A stretch of 64,000 nt of DNA from the human T2T-CHM13v2.0 reference genome, Homo sapiens. This document shows, in pieces, positions 1 to 13,810 of this stretch. Position 1 is the stretch's first letter. The number at the start of each line of letters is the position of its first letter. The stretch lies in the NCBI RefSeq assembly GCF_009914755.1, contig NC_060944.1, one strand, 5' to 3'. The position numbers and the translations under genes were made by a program. The notes under the pieces were generated by a model that did not search any database, was not told where the DNA came from, and saw only the letters and a program-made list of their open reading frames with translations.

Positions 1-916
1 TGACTTAGATAATCTATCCAGCCCTGACCAAGATTTCTATAGTCACAGCACAGAACACACCACCTCAACGTGGGAAAGTGTATAAACATGAAAATAATGA
101 GCAGGCTATGCCAATTAAAATACTTCAATGTAAATATAAAGGGATTTCCACTCCAACTAAAAGTGAAAACTATCTCCAGAAAAAGAGAAAAATTCCATTT
201 CTAACAGATCTTGTGATATGTGTGTGTGTGTGCACGCGTGTGTCTAAGTACAAATCAAATTCACTTTGACACTCATCCATACATGAAGCAAGTACTTCCA
301 GAAAGCTCCCTTCCTCACAATGTGATGCCTACAGACCCTGGCTATTCTAAATTTTTGCCATGCACATGTTAGCATACGGAACAACACAAAAAGCAAAGAA
401 ACTAGTCACTAGCACCATCAAAATAATCACAGGATAACAAAAATAGAAATGATTTCTAATGAAGTTATAAACTCATTCCTAGTAACTGTCCTAAACTAAA
501 CACACATTTAAAGAACATATTCAGATGCCAAAGCACAGAGAAAATGCAAAGCATCTATGAGAACAACTGGGCTGAGTACTCAAGTCCAACAAAAAGGACA
601 TAAAAACACGTGGCAACATTAAACATAGGCTCCACAAATACCAATGAAATATGAGGAATGAGATTCTGAAGTACTTCTCAGAAAACGCTGGGGGTTCTGA
701 TAAGCATGAAACAACCCATCATTACCACAAGATGAACAGGAGCCTCTCCTTCATTCATTTCACAGCAACACAGACTTGGCGAGCTTAAACAATACACAGG
801 CCGTCTGGCTCATATGCAACAAAATTAAGCCATTAAATAGGCATCCCATAAAGATCACTTGACCCTAAGACAAAACTAAAGAGGAGTTAGCTGCATGCCA
901 CAAAGACAAAAACATT
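1..916 (-). other. NAPB: NAPB 3' UTR (proximal part, probably continuing beyond the window start)
   Basis: Unique non-repeat sequence directly after the TGA stop of the last coding exon. Short TG/CA repeat at about 218-243. No poly(A) site identified. Confidence 0.8.
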
Positions 917-1027
917 TCATTTTAGGTCTCCATCTCCTTCTCCATCCCCTTGGATGGACTTTTTGATGCGAAGCAACATGGTGGTCAGCCACTGATCCAA
1001 GCGAGATATTGAGTCAAATTCCTTCAC
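917..1027 (-). CDS. NAPB: NAPB exon 11 (last coding exon, 111 nt): [36 protein letters not shown]
   Basis: Acceptor ttatactag|GTG. TGA at 919-917. SNAP-family C-terminus with penultimate Leu. Confidence 0.97.
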
Positions 1028-1569
1028 CTAGTATAAGGAAAGAGGAACAGGAATTACCCCATGTAAATACATTAAAAACACAAAATAATAGTACCCCAAG
1101 CTGTTTATACCTTTACAGCCATAATCTACTAACTTTCTTCATCATTTGAAATTAATCATTCCAGTTTATAACTTTCTTCATTAAAAAATTGTTTATTTTT
1201 TCATTATCCTGTTACTATTTTGATACTAGTGACAAGTTCCTGGGCTTGACATTTCTCTGTTCTCAAACGTGTAAGAAAAAAATTCATTAACAGTCATAAT
1301 TATTGTGGCAAAAGTAACTGGATATTGTATAAAAATTTGAAAGGAATATGGAAAATTAATACTCACTGAACATGGGAAAACATTAATTACAGAGTTAGAA
1401 TATGTATGGAAGCGGAATTAACACATTTCAATGCATTACCCAAAAATAAAATTACAATAGGATGAAAATGATGTGGTAGGCAAAAGTCAGACAGGAAAAC
1501 ATTCCTTTCCTCTATCACTCCTGAGCTGTGATGAACATGTTACAGGAGGCTACTGAGAAATTTGCTTGA

Positions 1570-1878
1570 GGCTGGATGTAGTGGCTCATGCCTGTAATCC
1601 TTGAAGTCTGGGAGGCCAAGGCAGGTGGATAGCTTAAGCCCAGGAGTTAAGAGACCAGCCTGGGCAACATGGTGAAACCTTGTCTCAACAAAAAATGCAA
1701 AAAAAAAAAAAAAAATTAGCTGGGGGTGGTGGTGTGCACCTGTAGTCCCAGGTACTTAGGAGTCTCAGGTGGGAGGATCACCTGAACCCAGGAGGTTGAG
1801 GGTGCAGTGAGCCGTGATCACACCACAGCACTCCAGCCTGAGTGACAGAGTGAGGATCTGTTTCAAAATATATAAAAA
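1570..1878 (+). mobile_element. Alu (AluJ-like)
   Basis: Dimeric Alu with A-rich linker. Confidence 0.9.
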
Positions 1879-1907
1879 CATTTTTTTTTGCTTGATTCTA
1901 AACATGA

Positions 1908-2328
<421 letters not shown>

Positions 2329-2331
2329 TAG

Positions 2332-2657
<326 letters not shown>

Positions 2658-2985
2658 TAACTAATTTTACTTTATACTTATTTATGGGTCAGATTATTTT
2701 CAAAAGAAAAAATTAAAACAGCAAATTATAAGAATATAAATGGAATATTTGCTCCTGAACTAGTCTCACAGCTAAATTAGTTTTGAGTGTAAGTCGAATC
2801 TCAGCATGGCTAATGGAACTGTTTAATTTGTGTGATATATAAAAGGTGACGTTTGGAAAATACAACTTAAGGTATGCTGGAGTCATGTTCAAATAAATGT
2901 TTAGAATTCACATAATGAAAAGGAAAAGAAGTTTCTTTAACTTAAATCTTCAAATAATGTACCATGTCCCAAAAGCATAACTTAC

Positions 2986-3036
2986 TGCTTCAGTGTAAGC
3001 TTCACTGTTCTGTTCTTCATGAGCTTCTAGGAGTTT
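2986..3036 (-). CDS. NAPB: NAPB exon 10 (51 nt): KLLEAHEEQNSEAYTEA
   Basis: accag|AAA ... GCA|gtaagt, phase 0/0, frame continuous with neighbouring exons. Confidence 0.97.
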
Positions 3037-3407
3037 CTGGTAGCATAAAAATATTTTAAAAAACAGTTCTGTAAGATGAAGTCCCATTTCTAAATATATA
3101 CTTTAAGTATAATACCAATGTTGCCAAATATTGCACAAAACTGAGGAAATACTCATATACAAGTCAAGAGCCAAGTTAGGGATCTAGCTTCTGTAGTAAC
3201 ATTTCTCAGGTGCCTATTTCAGAACACAACTACATGTTTCTGACCTTAATTGCATTTGAACACCTATAATACGAAAGCAGGAAAGTACCAGGGCCCCTCA
3301 GTTAGCAGACTTTATAGATTAAAACTTCACTTCATACCCAATCCCACTTAGGTGTTGTCACCTAACAGAACAAAAGCATTTTTCTTCAAAGTTCTAATAT
3401 TACTTAC

Positions 3408-3476
3408 TTTCAATAATTTACATTCTCTTGAATCAGTAAATGCTGGAAACATTTCCTCATATTTCTCAAGAGCAAG
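3408..3476 (-). CDS. NAPB: NAPB exon 9 (69 nt): [23 protein letters not shown]
   Basis: tctctctcag|CTT ... AAA|gtaagt. Contains the conserved SNAP FxDSRE motif. Confidence 0.97.
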
Positions 3477-4053
3477 CTGAGAGAGAAAAACCACTCATCA
3501 ATTTCAGACTTACTAAACAAACAAAGCTTTCAACATTCTATCAGCTTCAAATAAGATCTACCTATATCCTATTAAGTGTTGAAAAAGTATGTAGTTAAAC
3601 TCAAAAGCAGAATCAACATAGAAAATCTTTCTATTCTGAATTTTCCATTTCAATAAAGAATAATTTCTAAACTACTTTTTTCTGAGTTAGGCTGCTGCTG
3701 AGAAGACATTGTAAATGAAAATGAATTCTTAAACACTCACAGACCAGGTATCTGTATCCATCCATTAAATGGAGACGTTCTTAATACAGTCCAGATTCCA
3801 AATAAATTACATTTAGCTTCCTGCTCGAAGCTGACAGAAAGAACAGTTTCTCTTACTGGCTTTAGTTCTGCTCTTCCAACTCCAGACACTGGCCATGCCA
3901 AGGCTGCCTGTCTTTTTGCCTCTTGGCTCCCAGTGCTCACTGTGCTTTTCAACTTCTTCCCAGTCCTCACTCCAACACCATTTCTGAGCTTGCCTGTTGT
4001 TTTGGTTGTTTTTTAAATGGATATTATCCTACTCTTATTGTCTCCTCCCTTAG

Positions 4054-4366
<313 letters not shown>

Positions 4367-4436
4367 CCCTTAATTTCTTTAAAGCAAAACTACTGAAAAA
4401 AAAATGGTGGCTACCAGTGAACATATACATATATTT

Positions 4437-4554
4437 AAGCCTATAGCACTAAATATTCCCAGGCAGTGCCCCCCATTCAAGTACCAGGCTCTACACTGCT
4501 TAGCTTCTGAGATCAGACGAGATTGGGTGTGTTCAGGGTGGTATGGCTATAAAC
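4437..4554 (-). pseudogene. 5S rRNA pseudogene in NAPB intron 8
   Basis: Reverse complement GTTTATAGCCATACCACCCTGAACACACCCAATCTCGTCTGATCTCAGAAGCTAAGCAG...GTGCTATAGGCTT aligns end to end with 5S rRNA, with CpG decay and a 4-nt deletion. Confidence 0.92.
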
Positions 4555-4754
4555 TATCAGGTAACTTTTGAGAACAGCTTTGACAGCTGTTAAAAGATTA
4601 CAACTGGGACACATACCACAGAATAATACTTATTTTTAATGTACCCGTTTATTCTTGGTACTAACATCAAAATGAAATGATACCAAGAACAAGAGAGAAT
4701 GTGTACGTATTCTTATGGGTGAAATCAGTCAATCAATGCTGAAGAACTCCTTAC

Positions 4755-4859
4755 CTTGGCATTCAACTCGTCTACTATGAAGTGGCAGAGGGCAGCTTTG
4801 AAGAAGTAATCCTTTGCACTGTATTTCAACAAAGGATTATCCATTGTGTTTGCCCCAAC
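4755..4859 (-). CDS. NAPB: NAPB exon 8 (105 nt): [35 protein letters not shown]
   Basis: gcctag|GTT ... AAG|gtaagg. Confidence 0.97.
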
Positions 4860-6364
4860 CTAGGCACAGAACGCAGAGTTAAATTTAAAAGATTTACCCT
4901 CTTATATCAGGCAAAGTCATTCTCATCTGTTGTCCTTTAGAAAATAATTATGTATCTTATGTTTGTTTAGCTATGAAATATATTATTTTATCCGAATACC
5001 ATATAGTAGAAATTTTACTAGACAAGACCATTAAATACATGAAGTCTTAACCAGTTAAAAATAGCTCAGAAGAATTCTGCTTCCAATAAGATGGAGTAAA
5101 CATCCTTTCCCCTAATCCTCCCACTAAGCACTACTAAAAGCCCAGGTCATTTTCTAAAAAACAAACGTTTCCCAAGGGAAAACGTGGTAGTGGGTTCCCT
5201 CAGTTTTCTTTTCCCTTCCTATATCCATGGCATGAAACTGAAGAACCAGCAACCCAGAAATGCCAGTATGCACAGATAAAAAGAGAAGAGACAAAAGCCT
5301 GCTCTCTCTGGCCAAAGGACTAGAAAAGGGGCAGCCCAGCAAGAGAGAAAACACTTAGACAATAACTGCTCTACTCCAGCCAAATATCACAGAAAAACTG
5401 AGGCCCTAACTCCATTTACATCATCAAAGGCTGAAGAAGGAGTCCTAAAGTCCATTCTTGAAAGACTGTAAGAAGCACCCCAATACCTCTGCTTAGGAGC
5501 TTCAGAGAAGGCCAAATAGGGAGCTGAGGCTTGATCCCCACCCAACCCCCTGACACTAAGGCAGTGCAGACCACACTGGGAGGCTGCATCCTGTCTCTGT
5601 CAAGCAGGAAAGAGGTTCCCCTTCTTTCTCCAGCTGGTGTGCTGTCAGAAGAGGTCTAGTGGAGGGTGAAGACTCTCACCATACCAAGAACAAACCAGCA
5701 CTGTGCTGGCAGAAACAGATAAGGAGAGGTGATGCCACTTCTGCCCAGGGCTGACTAGGCCCCTCAGGTGTCAACAGAGACCTGGTGGAAAGCTGACACT
5801 TCTACCTCCACCTGGCAGTAATGAGGTAACATCCCCACCTTCCCCAGCCAGAGGAATGTCAAAGAAGGCCAACTGAAAGAGAACGTTTAAACAAGACCCA
5901 GTCTCATAACCTAATGTGCAAATGCCCTGTTTTCAATCAGAAATGACTTGTAATACCAAAAACACAGGAAGATCTCAAGCTAAATGAAAAAAGACCATTA
6001 ACAGATGATGGTTCCAGATGACGGAAATGTCCAAAATATCCCACGAAGATTTTAAAGAAGCCCTCATAAAAATGCTCCAAAAAGCAAGTACAATAACACC
6101 TGAAGCTAATGGAAAAATGGAAAGCATCCACAAAGAAAAAGGAAGCCACAGGAAAAAAGATATAAAGTAAAAACAAATAAAAATTTCAGAACTGAAAAAA
6201 AAAAACAGTACCATACATAAAAAGTGGGTGGGCTCAACAGCAGGATGAAAGGGACAGAGGAAAGAAGCACTAAATGGAAGACAACAACAGGAACAACAGA
6301 GAGAAGACAAACTGACAAAAAGGAACAGAGCATCAAGGACCCATGGGATAATAAAACAGTCTCA

Positions 6365-6763
<399 letters not shown>

Positions 6764-7554
6764 TCAAATTTGACAAGAAACATAAACCTACAGATTCTGT
6801 AAGTTTAGGGAAACTCAAATAGCTTAAAACCAAATATATCTATCCAAGCCACATTATAATTAAACTTTTGAAACTAAAAGAAAAAAATTATGAAAGTGTC
6901 TAGAGAATAACACCTTTTTTATAGGGGAAAACAAGTTGAATGACAGCAGACTTCTTATCAAAAACAATGGAGGCCGACTAGGCGTTGTGGCTCATGCCTG
7001 TAATCCCAGCACTTTGGGAGGCTGAGGTGGGTGGATCACTTGATGTCAGAAGTTTGTAAAACCATGGAAGCCATAAAGTGCACATTTTTGAAACTAAAGG
7101 AAAAGAACAATCAACTTAGAATTATACTCCCAGGAAAACTATGTTTCAGAAATGAAGGCAAAATCAAAACGTTTCCAGATAGGGGAAAACTAAGAAAATT
7201 TGTTGTCAGCAGACCTACCCTAAAAAAATGACAAAAGGAGGTTCTCTAAATAGAAAGGAAACAATAATCTTGGAACATCCAGAAGAAAGAACATGGTAAG
7301 CAAAAATATGGGTAAATATAACAGGCTTTCTTTCTTGAGTTTTCTAAATTATGTTTGATGGCTGAAACAAAAATTCTAACATTGACTCATGTGGTTCTAA
7401 ATGTATGCAGAGGAAACATTAAGACAACTATATATTGAATAGGGGGAGTAAAAGAACAGAAAGGGAGGTAAGATTTCTATATTTCACCAGAACTTATAAA
7501 ATGATGACACCAACCTACAGCATTTAACCACAAAAGCTACACAAAGATATATAC

Positions 7555-7793
7555 CATTGATTCTCCAACAACACTGGTTTAAACTGTGTGAATCCACTTA
7601 TATACGGATTTTTTTCAACCAAATGTGGATTGAAAATACAGTATTCTTAGGAATTCAACACCCATATAAATGAAAGGCAGACTTTTTTATATGTGAGTTC
7701 CACAGGGCCGACTGTGGGACTTGACTATGCACAGATTTTGATATATGAGAGAGGTCCTGGAACTAATCCCCTGTAGACACTGAGGAATAACTG
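7555..7793 (-). mobile_element. MER8-like Tigger DNA transposon MITE
   Basis: CpG-decayed match to the MER8 consensus (...GGTCCTGGAACTAATCCCC...ACTGTA). Confidence 0.7.
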
Positions 7794-7820
7794 TACTTAG
7801 AAACACTGGAAAATCAAGTA

Positions 7821-8195
7821 GGCTGGGTGTGGTGGCTCACACCTATAATCCTGGCACTTTGGGGGACCGAGGTGGGCAGATGACTTGAGCTCAGGAGCTC
7901 AAGACCAGCCTGGGCAACATGGCAAAACCCCATCGCTACAAAAAGACTTGAGCTCAGGAGTTCAAGACCAGCCTGGACAACATGGCAAAACCCCATCGCT
8001 ACAAAAAATAGCCAGGTGTGGTGGTGCATGTCTGTAGTCTCAGCTATTCTGGAGGCTAAGGCTGAGGTGGGAGGACTGCTTGAGGTTGGGAGGTGGAGGC
8101 TGCAGTGAGCCAGGGTCGCACCATTTCCCTCCAGCCTGGGTGACAGAGTGAGACCCAGTCTCAAAAAAAAAGAAAGAAAGAAAAAAAAGAAAAGC
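7821..8195 (+). mobile_element. Alu (AluJ-like) with internal 63-bp tandem duplication
   Basis: 7882-7944 repeated at 7945-8007. Confidence 0.9.
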
Positions 8196-8378
8196 AACCC
8201 ATAAAAAGGTTGGAAAAAGAAAACAGAGAAACAAAAAGCAAAGAATAGAAAGCAAAAACTAAAATGGCAGAAAGCAGAATTAAGCCCTAACATATAAATA
8301 ACTGCATTAAATGTGAATGACCTAAATACACCAATTGAAAAACAAAGATTGGCACAGTGGATTAAAAAACAGGATCCA

Positions 8379-8675
8379 GGCTGGCTGTGGTGGATCATGC
8401 CTGCAATCCCAGCACTTTGGGAGGCCAAGGCGGGTGTATCACCGAGGTCAGGAGTATGAAACCAGCCTGGCCAACATGGTGAAATCCTGTCTCTACTAAA
8501 AATACAAAAATTAGCCGGGCATGCTGGCACGCACCTGTAATCTCAGCTACTCGGGAGGCTGAGGCAGGAGAATTACTTGAATCCAAGAGGTAGAGGTTGC
8601 AGTGAGCCAAAATCACTCCACTGCGCTCCAGTGTAGGAGACAGAGCAAGACTCTGTCTCAAAACAAACAAACAAA
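8379..8675 (+). mobile_element. Alu (AluS-like)
   Basis: TSD AAAAACAGGATCCA / AAAAACAAGATCCA. Confidence 0.92.
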
Positions 8676-9018
8676 AAAAAACAAGATCCAACTACAAGAA
8701 ACTCACTTCAGTTATAATGATATAGACAGGCTGAAAGAAAAAGAATTGACAAACATATCATATAAACATTAATCAAAAGAAACCAGGCAGGGCTATAAAG
8801 TGGATAAAGTAGACTTGAGCCAAGAAAATTACCAGAGACAGAGAAGGACATTATGTAATGATAAAAGGGTCTCTCCAGCAAGAATAGCAATCCAGAGCTG
8901 CAAAGTATGTGACGCAAAGACTGACACAATGAAAGAAGAGTCAGACAAATCCACAACTAAAGTTGGAGATTTTAACACCCAACTCTCAACAATGGATAGA
9001 ATTAGAAAGAAAATCAAA

Positions 9019-9296
9019 GGCCAATCGCAGTGGCTCACACCTGTAATCCTGGCACTTTGGGAGGACAAGGCAGGCAGATCATTTGAGGCCAGGAATTCGA
9101 GACCAGCCTAGCCAACATGGCACACACCTGTAATCCCAGCTACTCGGGAGGCTGAGGCACGAAAATAGTTTGAACCTGGGAGGTGGAGGGTTGCAGTGAG
9201 CTGAGATCAAGTCACTGCACTCCAGCCTGGGTGACAGAGCAAGACTCTGTCTGAAAGAAGAGAAAGAAGAGAAAGAAGAGAAAGAGAGAGAGAGAA

Positions 9297-9330
<34 letters not shown>

Positions 9331-9340
9331 AAAGAAAGAA
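9019..9340 (+). mobile_element. Alu with internal deletion and GA-rich microsatellite tail
   Basis: Linker region missing. (GA)n/(GAAA)n at about 9253-9340. Confidence 0.88.
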
Positions 9341-10109
9341 AGATCAGCAAGTATATTAAAGAACTCGACAATGCCATCATCCAACAGGAGCTAATCAACA
9401 TTTATAAACATCACCCAATAACAGCATAATCATAAAACATATGCCAAGATAGACCATATCTAGGCCATAAAACAAAACAAATTTATAAGAATTGAAATCA
9501 CGCAAAAATATGTTATCTAACCACAAAGGAATTAAAAATAAGTCAACAATAGAAAGATTACAGAAAAATCTCTGCTAGACACTTGGAAATTAAATAAAAC
9601 ACTACTAAATAATCCATGGGTCACTGAAGTCTCAAGGGAAATCAATAAATCCAACTAACTGAATAAAAATAAAAGTATAATGATATAATAAAATTGGGAA
9701 GTAGCCAAATGTATGAAAGGGTAACTGATAACACTAAAAATGCATACACAACAAAGATGAAAATCAGCAAGCTAAACTTCCATGTCAAGCACCCAGAAAA
9801 AGAGCAAAACAAATCCAAAGAAAACAAAATGGAGGAAATAACAATAAAAACAGAAATCAGTGAAAATAAAAACAAAAAAAGAGAAATAATTGAATTCTAC
9901 CAAACATTTAAAGAGGAATTCACACCAATCCTTTACAAACTCTTCCAAAACACAGAAGAGGAAGAAGACATCCTAATGCATTCTGAGACCAGAATTACCT
10001 TGATTCCAAAACCAGACAAAGACACCACAAGAAAACTAACGATCAATATCCTTTATGAACATAGACATAAAATCCTCAACAAAATGTTAGCAAACCAATT
10101 CTGGCACTT

Positions 10110-10473
10110 ACAAAAAGTAAAGTCAGCCACAAGGGTGGTCAACATCTATGTCACTGGACCCCAATAAAAACTCAGAACACCACGTTCAGGGGAGCTTCCT
10201 TGGTTGGCAGCAGTCTACGCTTATTTTCACTTATTACTGTGGGGGGAAGTAAGTGCTGTTTACATAACTCCACTGAGAGCCGACAACTGAAAGCTCTTCC
10301 TGGAAGTCTCCTAGACCTTGACCTATGAGTCTCTCCTTTGAGTTTAATCTGTACCCGTTTGCTGTAATAAACCATAATTGTGAGTATAACAGCTTTCAGT
10401 GGGTTCTGTAAGTTTGTCTAACAAATTATTAATAAACTTGAGGGTGTTCTTGGGAAACCCCTCAAAGTTTGCA
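10110..10473 (+). mobile_element. MER21-like LTR fragment inserted in old L1
   Basis: CCCCAATAAAAACT...GAGCTTCCTTGGTTGGCA...GCTGTAATAAACCATAA motifs. L1 ORF2 resumes at about 10475. Confidence 0.6.
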
Positions 10474-11354
10474 ATGACCAAGTAGAATTTATTCCAGGAA
10501 TGTAAGGTTGGTTCAACATATGAAAATCAATCAATGTAATCTACAATATTAAGCTGATTAGGACAAAAACCATACGCTTATCTCAATAGATGCAGAAAAA
10601 AGTTTGACAAAGGACAAAAACCATGTTTATCTCAATAGATGCAGAAAAAAGTCTGACAAATAAAGGACAAAAATCATATGTTTATCTCAATAGACACAGG
10701 AAAATGCCTGACAAAATCCAATACCCTTTGATGATAAAAACACTCAACAAACTAGGAAGAGAGGGGAACTGCCTCAAACTGATAAAAGCATTTACCAAAA
10801 CCCCACTACTGATATCTACCGCTATCACACTTAATATGAAAGACCGAAAGTTTTCCTTACAAGATCAGGAACAAGACAAGGATGTCTGCTCTTGTCACTT
10901 CTATTCAACACTGCACTGGAGATTCTAGCCAGGGCAACCGAGAAAATGAAGTAAAACACATTCATATTGCAGAGGAAGAAGTAAAACTATTGTTATTTGC
11001 AGATAACATGATTTTGGATATAGAAAACCTAAGAAATCCACACAAAAAAACCTATTAGAGCTAATAAGTTTGGCATGGTTGCAGGACAAAAAATTGATAT
11101 GCAAAATTCAACTGTATTTCTATACACTAGCAGTTAACAATCTTAAAAGGAAATTAAGAAAATAATTCAATTTGTAGTAGCGTCAAAAAAAAAATAAAAT
11201 ACTTTGGAGTATATTTCACCCAAGAAATACAAAACTTACACACCAAAAACTACAAAACATTGTTGAGCAAAATGAAAGAAGATCCAAATAAATATAAAAG
11301 GAACCTGTATTCATCGACTGTCAGACTTAGTATTGTTAAGATGGCAATACTCTC

Positions 11355-11874
11355 TGTGATGACTGATTTTATGTGTCACCTTGAGTGGGCTACAGGGTGC
11401 CCAGATATTTGGTGTTATTCTGAGTGTGTCTGTGGGGTGTTTCTGAATGAGATTAACGTTTGCATCAGTAGGATGAATAAGCAGATTGCCCTCCCCAATG
11501 TGGGTGGGCCTCATCCAATCTACTGAAAACCTGAATAAAATAAAAGGTTAAAAGGAAGAATTCATTCTCAATGCCTGTCTTAGAGCCAGGACACTGGTAT
11601 TCTCCTGATTCAGACTTGGACTCAGATTAGAAATTACATCATCAACTCTCCTGGTTCTGAGGCCTTTGGATTTGGACTGGAGCTATACCATTGGCTCTCC
11701 TGGGTCTTCAGAATGCAGATCTTAGGCCTTCTCAGCCTATATAATCAAGCGAATCAATTCCCTCCAGTAATTTCTCTCTCTAAACACACATACACACTCA
11801 CACACACACAAACACACACACATACACCCCTACACCTCTTATTGGTTCTGTTTCTCTAGAAAACCCTAAAACCA
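11355..11874 (+). mobile_element. MLT2-family (ERVL) solo LTR with internal (CA)n
   Basis: TGTGATG...TTTTATGTGTCA start, CCCTCCCCAATGTGGGTGGGCCTCATCCAATC, ATTGGTTCTGTTTCTCT end. Confidence 0.8.
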
Positions 11875-13491
11875 CTCCAAATTGGTATGCACATTCCATA
11901 CAATCCCTATCAAAATCCAAGCTGGCTACTTTGCAGAGATTGACAAGCTGATCCTAATATTCGGATGAAAATGCAAGGGATCTGGAATAGCCAAAACAAT
12001 TCTGAAAAAGAACAAAAAGCTGGAGGACTCACACTTACTGACTTCAAAACTTACTGCAAAGTTACAGATATAAACAGTGTAATACTGGCACAAAGATGGA
12101 TAAATAGATCAATGGAATAGAGAGCCCAGAAGTAAGCCCTCATATTTCATATGGTGAAATAATTTTCAATAAGGGTCTTAATACCATTCAATAGTTAAAA
12201 TATAGTTCTATTCAACAATTAGTGCTAGAAAAACTGGATATCCACATATAAAAGAATAAAGTTGGACCCTTACCTCATACTATATACAAAAATTAACTCA
12301 AAATGGATAAAAGACCTAAACCTAACAGCCAAAACTATACAATTCCTATAACAAAACAGAAAGGAAAAGCCTCATGATATCAGATTTAGTGATGATTTCT
12401 TCTATATAACAACAAAAGCCAGACAAAGAAAAAATAGACAAACTGGACTTCAAAAATATGAAAGACTTCAGTGAATCAAAGGACATTAATAACAGAGTCC
12501 AGAGACAACCCACAGAATGAGAGTAAATACTTGCAAATCACATATCTAATAGGGGATTAATATCCAGAATATATAAAGAACACCTAAAACTCACCACCAA
12601 AAAACAAACAGCCAAATTAAAATCCGGAGAAAGTACTGGAATAGACATTTCTCCAAAGATATACAAATAGCCAATAAGCAAATAAAAAGATGCTCAACAT
12701 CACTAGTCATTAGGGAAATAACAATCAAAAACAGAATGAGACAACATTTCACACTCATTAGGGTGACTATTATTTAAAAAAAAAAAAAAAAAAAAAAACC
12801 AAAACAAGTATTGGTGAGGATGTGGAGAAACTGGAACACTGTGCATTGCTAGTGGGAAGGTATAATGGTGTAGCCACTGTGAAAATGTCTGGCAGTTCCT
12901 CAAAAAGTTAAACATGGACTTACCACATGGTCCAGCAACTGCAATTCTATTCCCAGGTATGTAACTAAGAGAACTAAAAACACCACCACAAAAACTTTAA
13001 CACAAATGTTCACAGCAGCATTATTGATAATAGCCCCAAAGTGGAAAAACCCCAAACATCCATAAATTGATAAATAAACCATGAGGTATTAGCCACGAAA
13101 AACAATGACATACTGACATTTGCTATGACATGGATGAACCCTGAAAACAATACACTAAGTGAAAGATGGCAGTCACAAAAGGCCACATGGTATGTGATTT
13201 CATATATATTCAAGGTTCAGAATAGAAAAATCCATATAGACAGAGAGTAGATTGTGTCTTCCAGGGACTAGGAGGAAAGAATAGACTGCTGGGCTTCTTT
13301 TGGGGATGATTAAAATGTTCTGGAATTAAGTAGTGGTGATAGTTATACAACTTTGTGAACAGACTAAAAACCGCTGAACTGTACTCATTACGTGATGTGT
13401 GGATTATATCTCAATAAACAGAAAAATAAAAAGTTTAATTTTGAAAAATTATTCAGACAACTTCTCTCCAAGGAAACAACAGTATCCTCAC

Positions 13492-13576
13492 CTGCTCATA
13501 GATCTCAATGGCTTTCTGGTACTGCTCAAGCTGGGCAGCATATGCTGCCACCTTCAGCAGACACTTGTTTGCTGAG
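13492..13576 (-). CDS. NAPB: NAPB exon 7 (85 nt): (S)[28 protein letters not shown]
   Basis: tgatttcag|CTC ... CAG|gtgagg. Confidence 0.97.
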
Positions 13577-13754
13577 CTGAAATCAAGAACCAAAGCAGAG
13601 TGAGTAACAAGTCAATGGAAAAATAAAAGATGTGCACTGGGCCTCAGTACATCTTCATTTGGTATAGTCAAATACACTCACAAAGTATAAAGAAGTATTT
13701 TTTTATCACACATAATAAAACCCATTAAATCATATTAAGAAAAGTAATACTTGC

Positions 13755-13810
13755 CTGTTGGATTCTTCTCCTTTGTAATAATCAGCAGATTGTTCATAAT
13801 GTGCAATAGC
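13755..13810 (-). CDS. NAPB: NAPB exon 6 (56 nt): AIAHYEQSADYYKGEESN(S), followed by a GC donor
   Basis: gttttcag|GCT ... AACAG|gcaagt. Only the GC donor keeps the frame with exon 7. Confidence 0.95.

Noticed and set aside
9694-10928. 157-aa and 101-aa ORFs with reverse-transcriptase-like text
   Set aside because: Decayed pieces of the ancient L1 ORF2, broken by deletions, stops and an LTR insertion.
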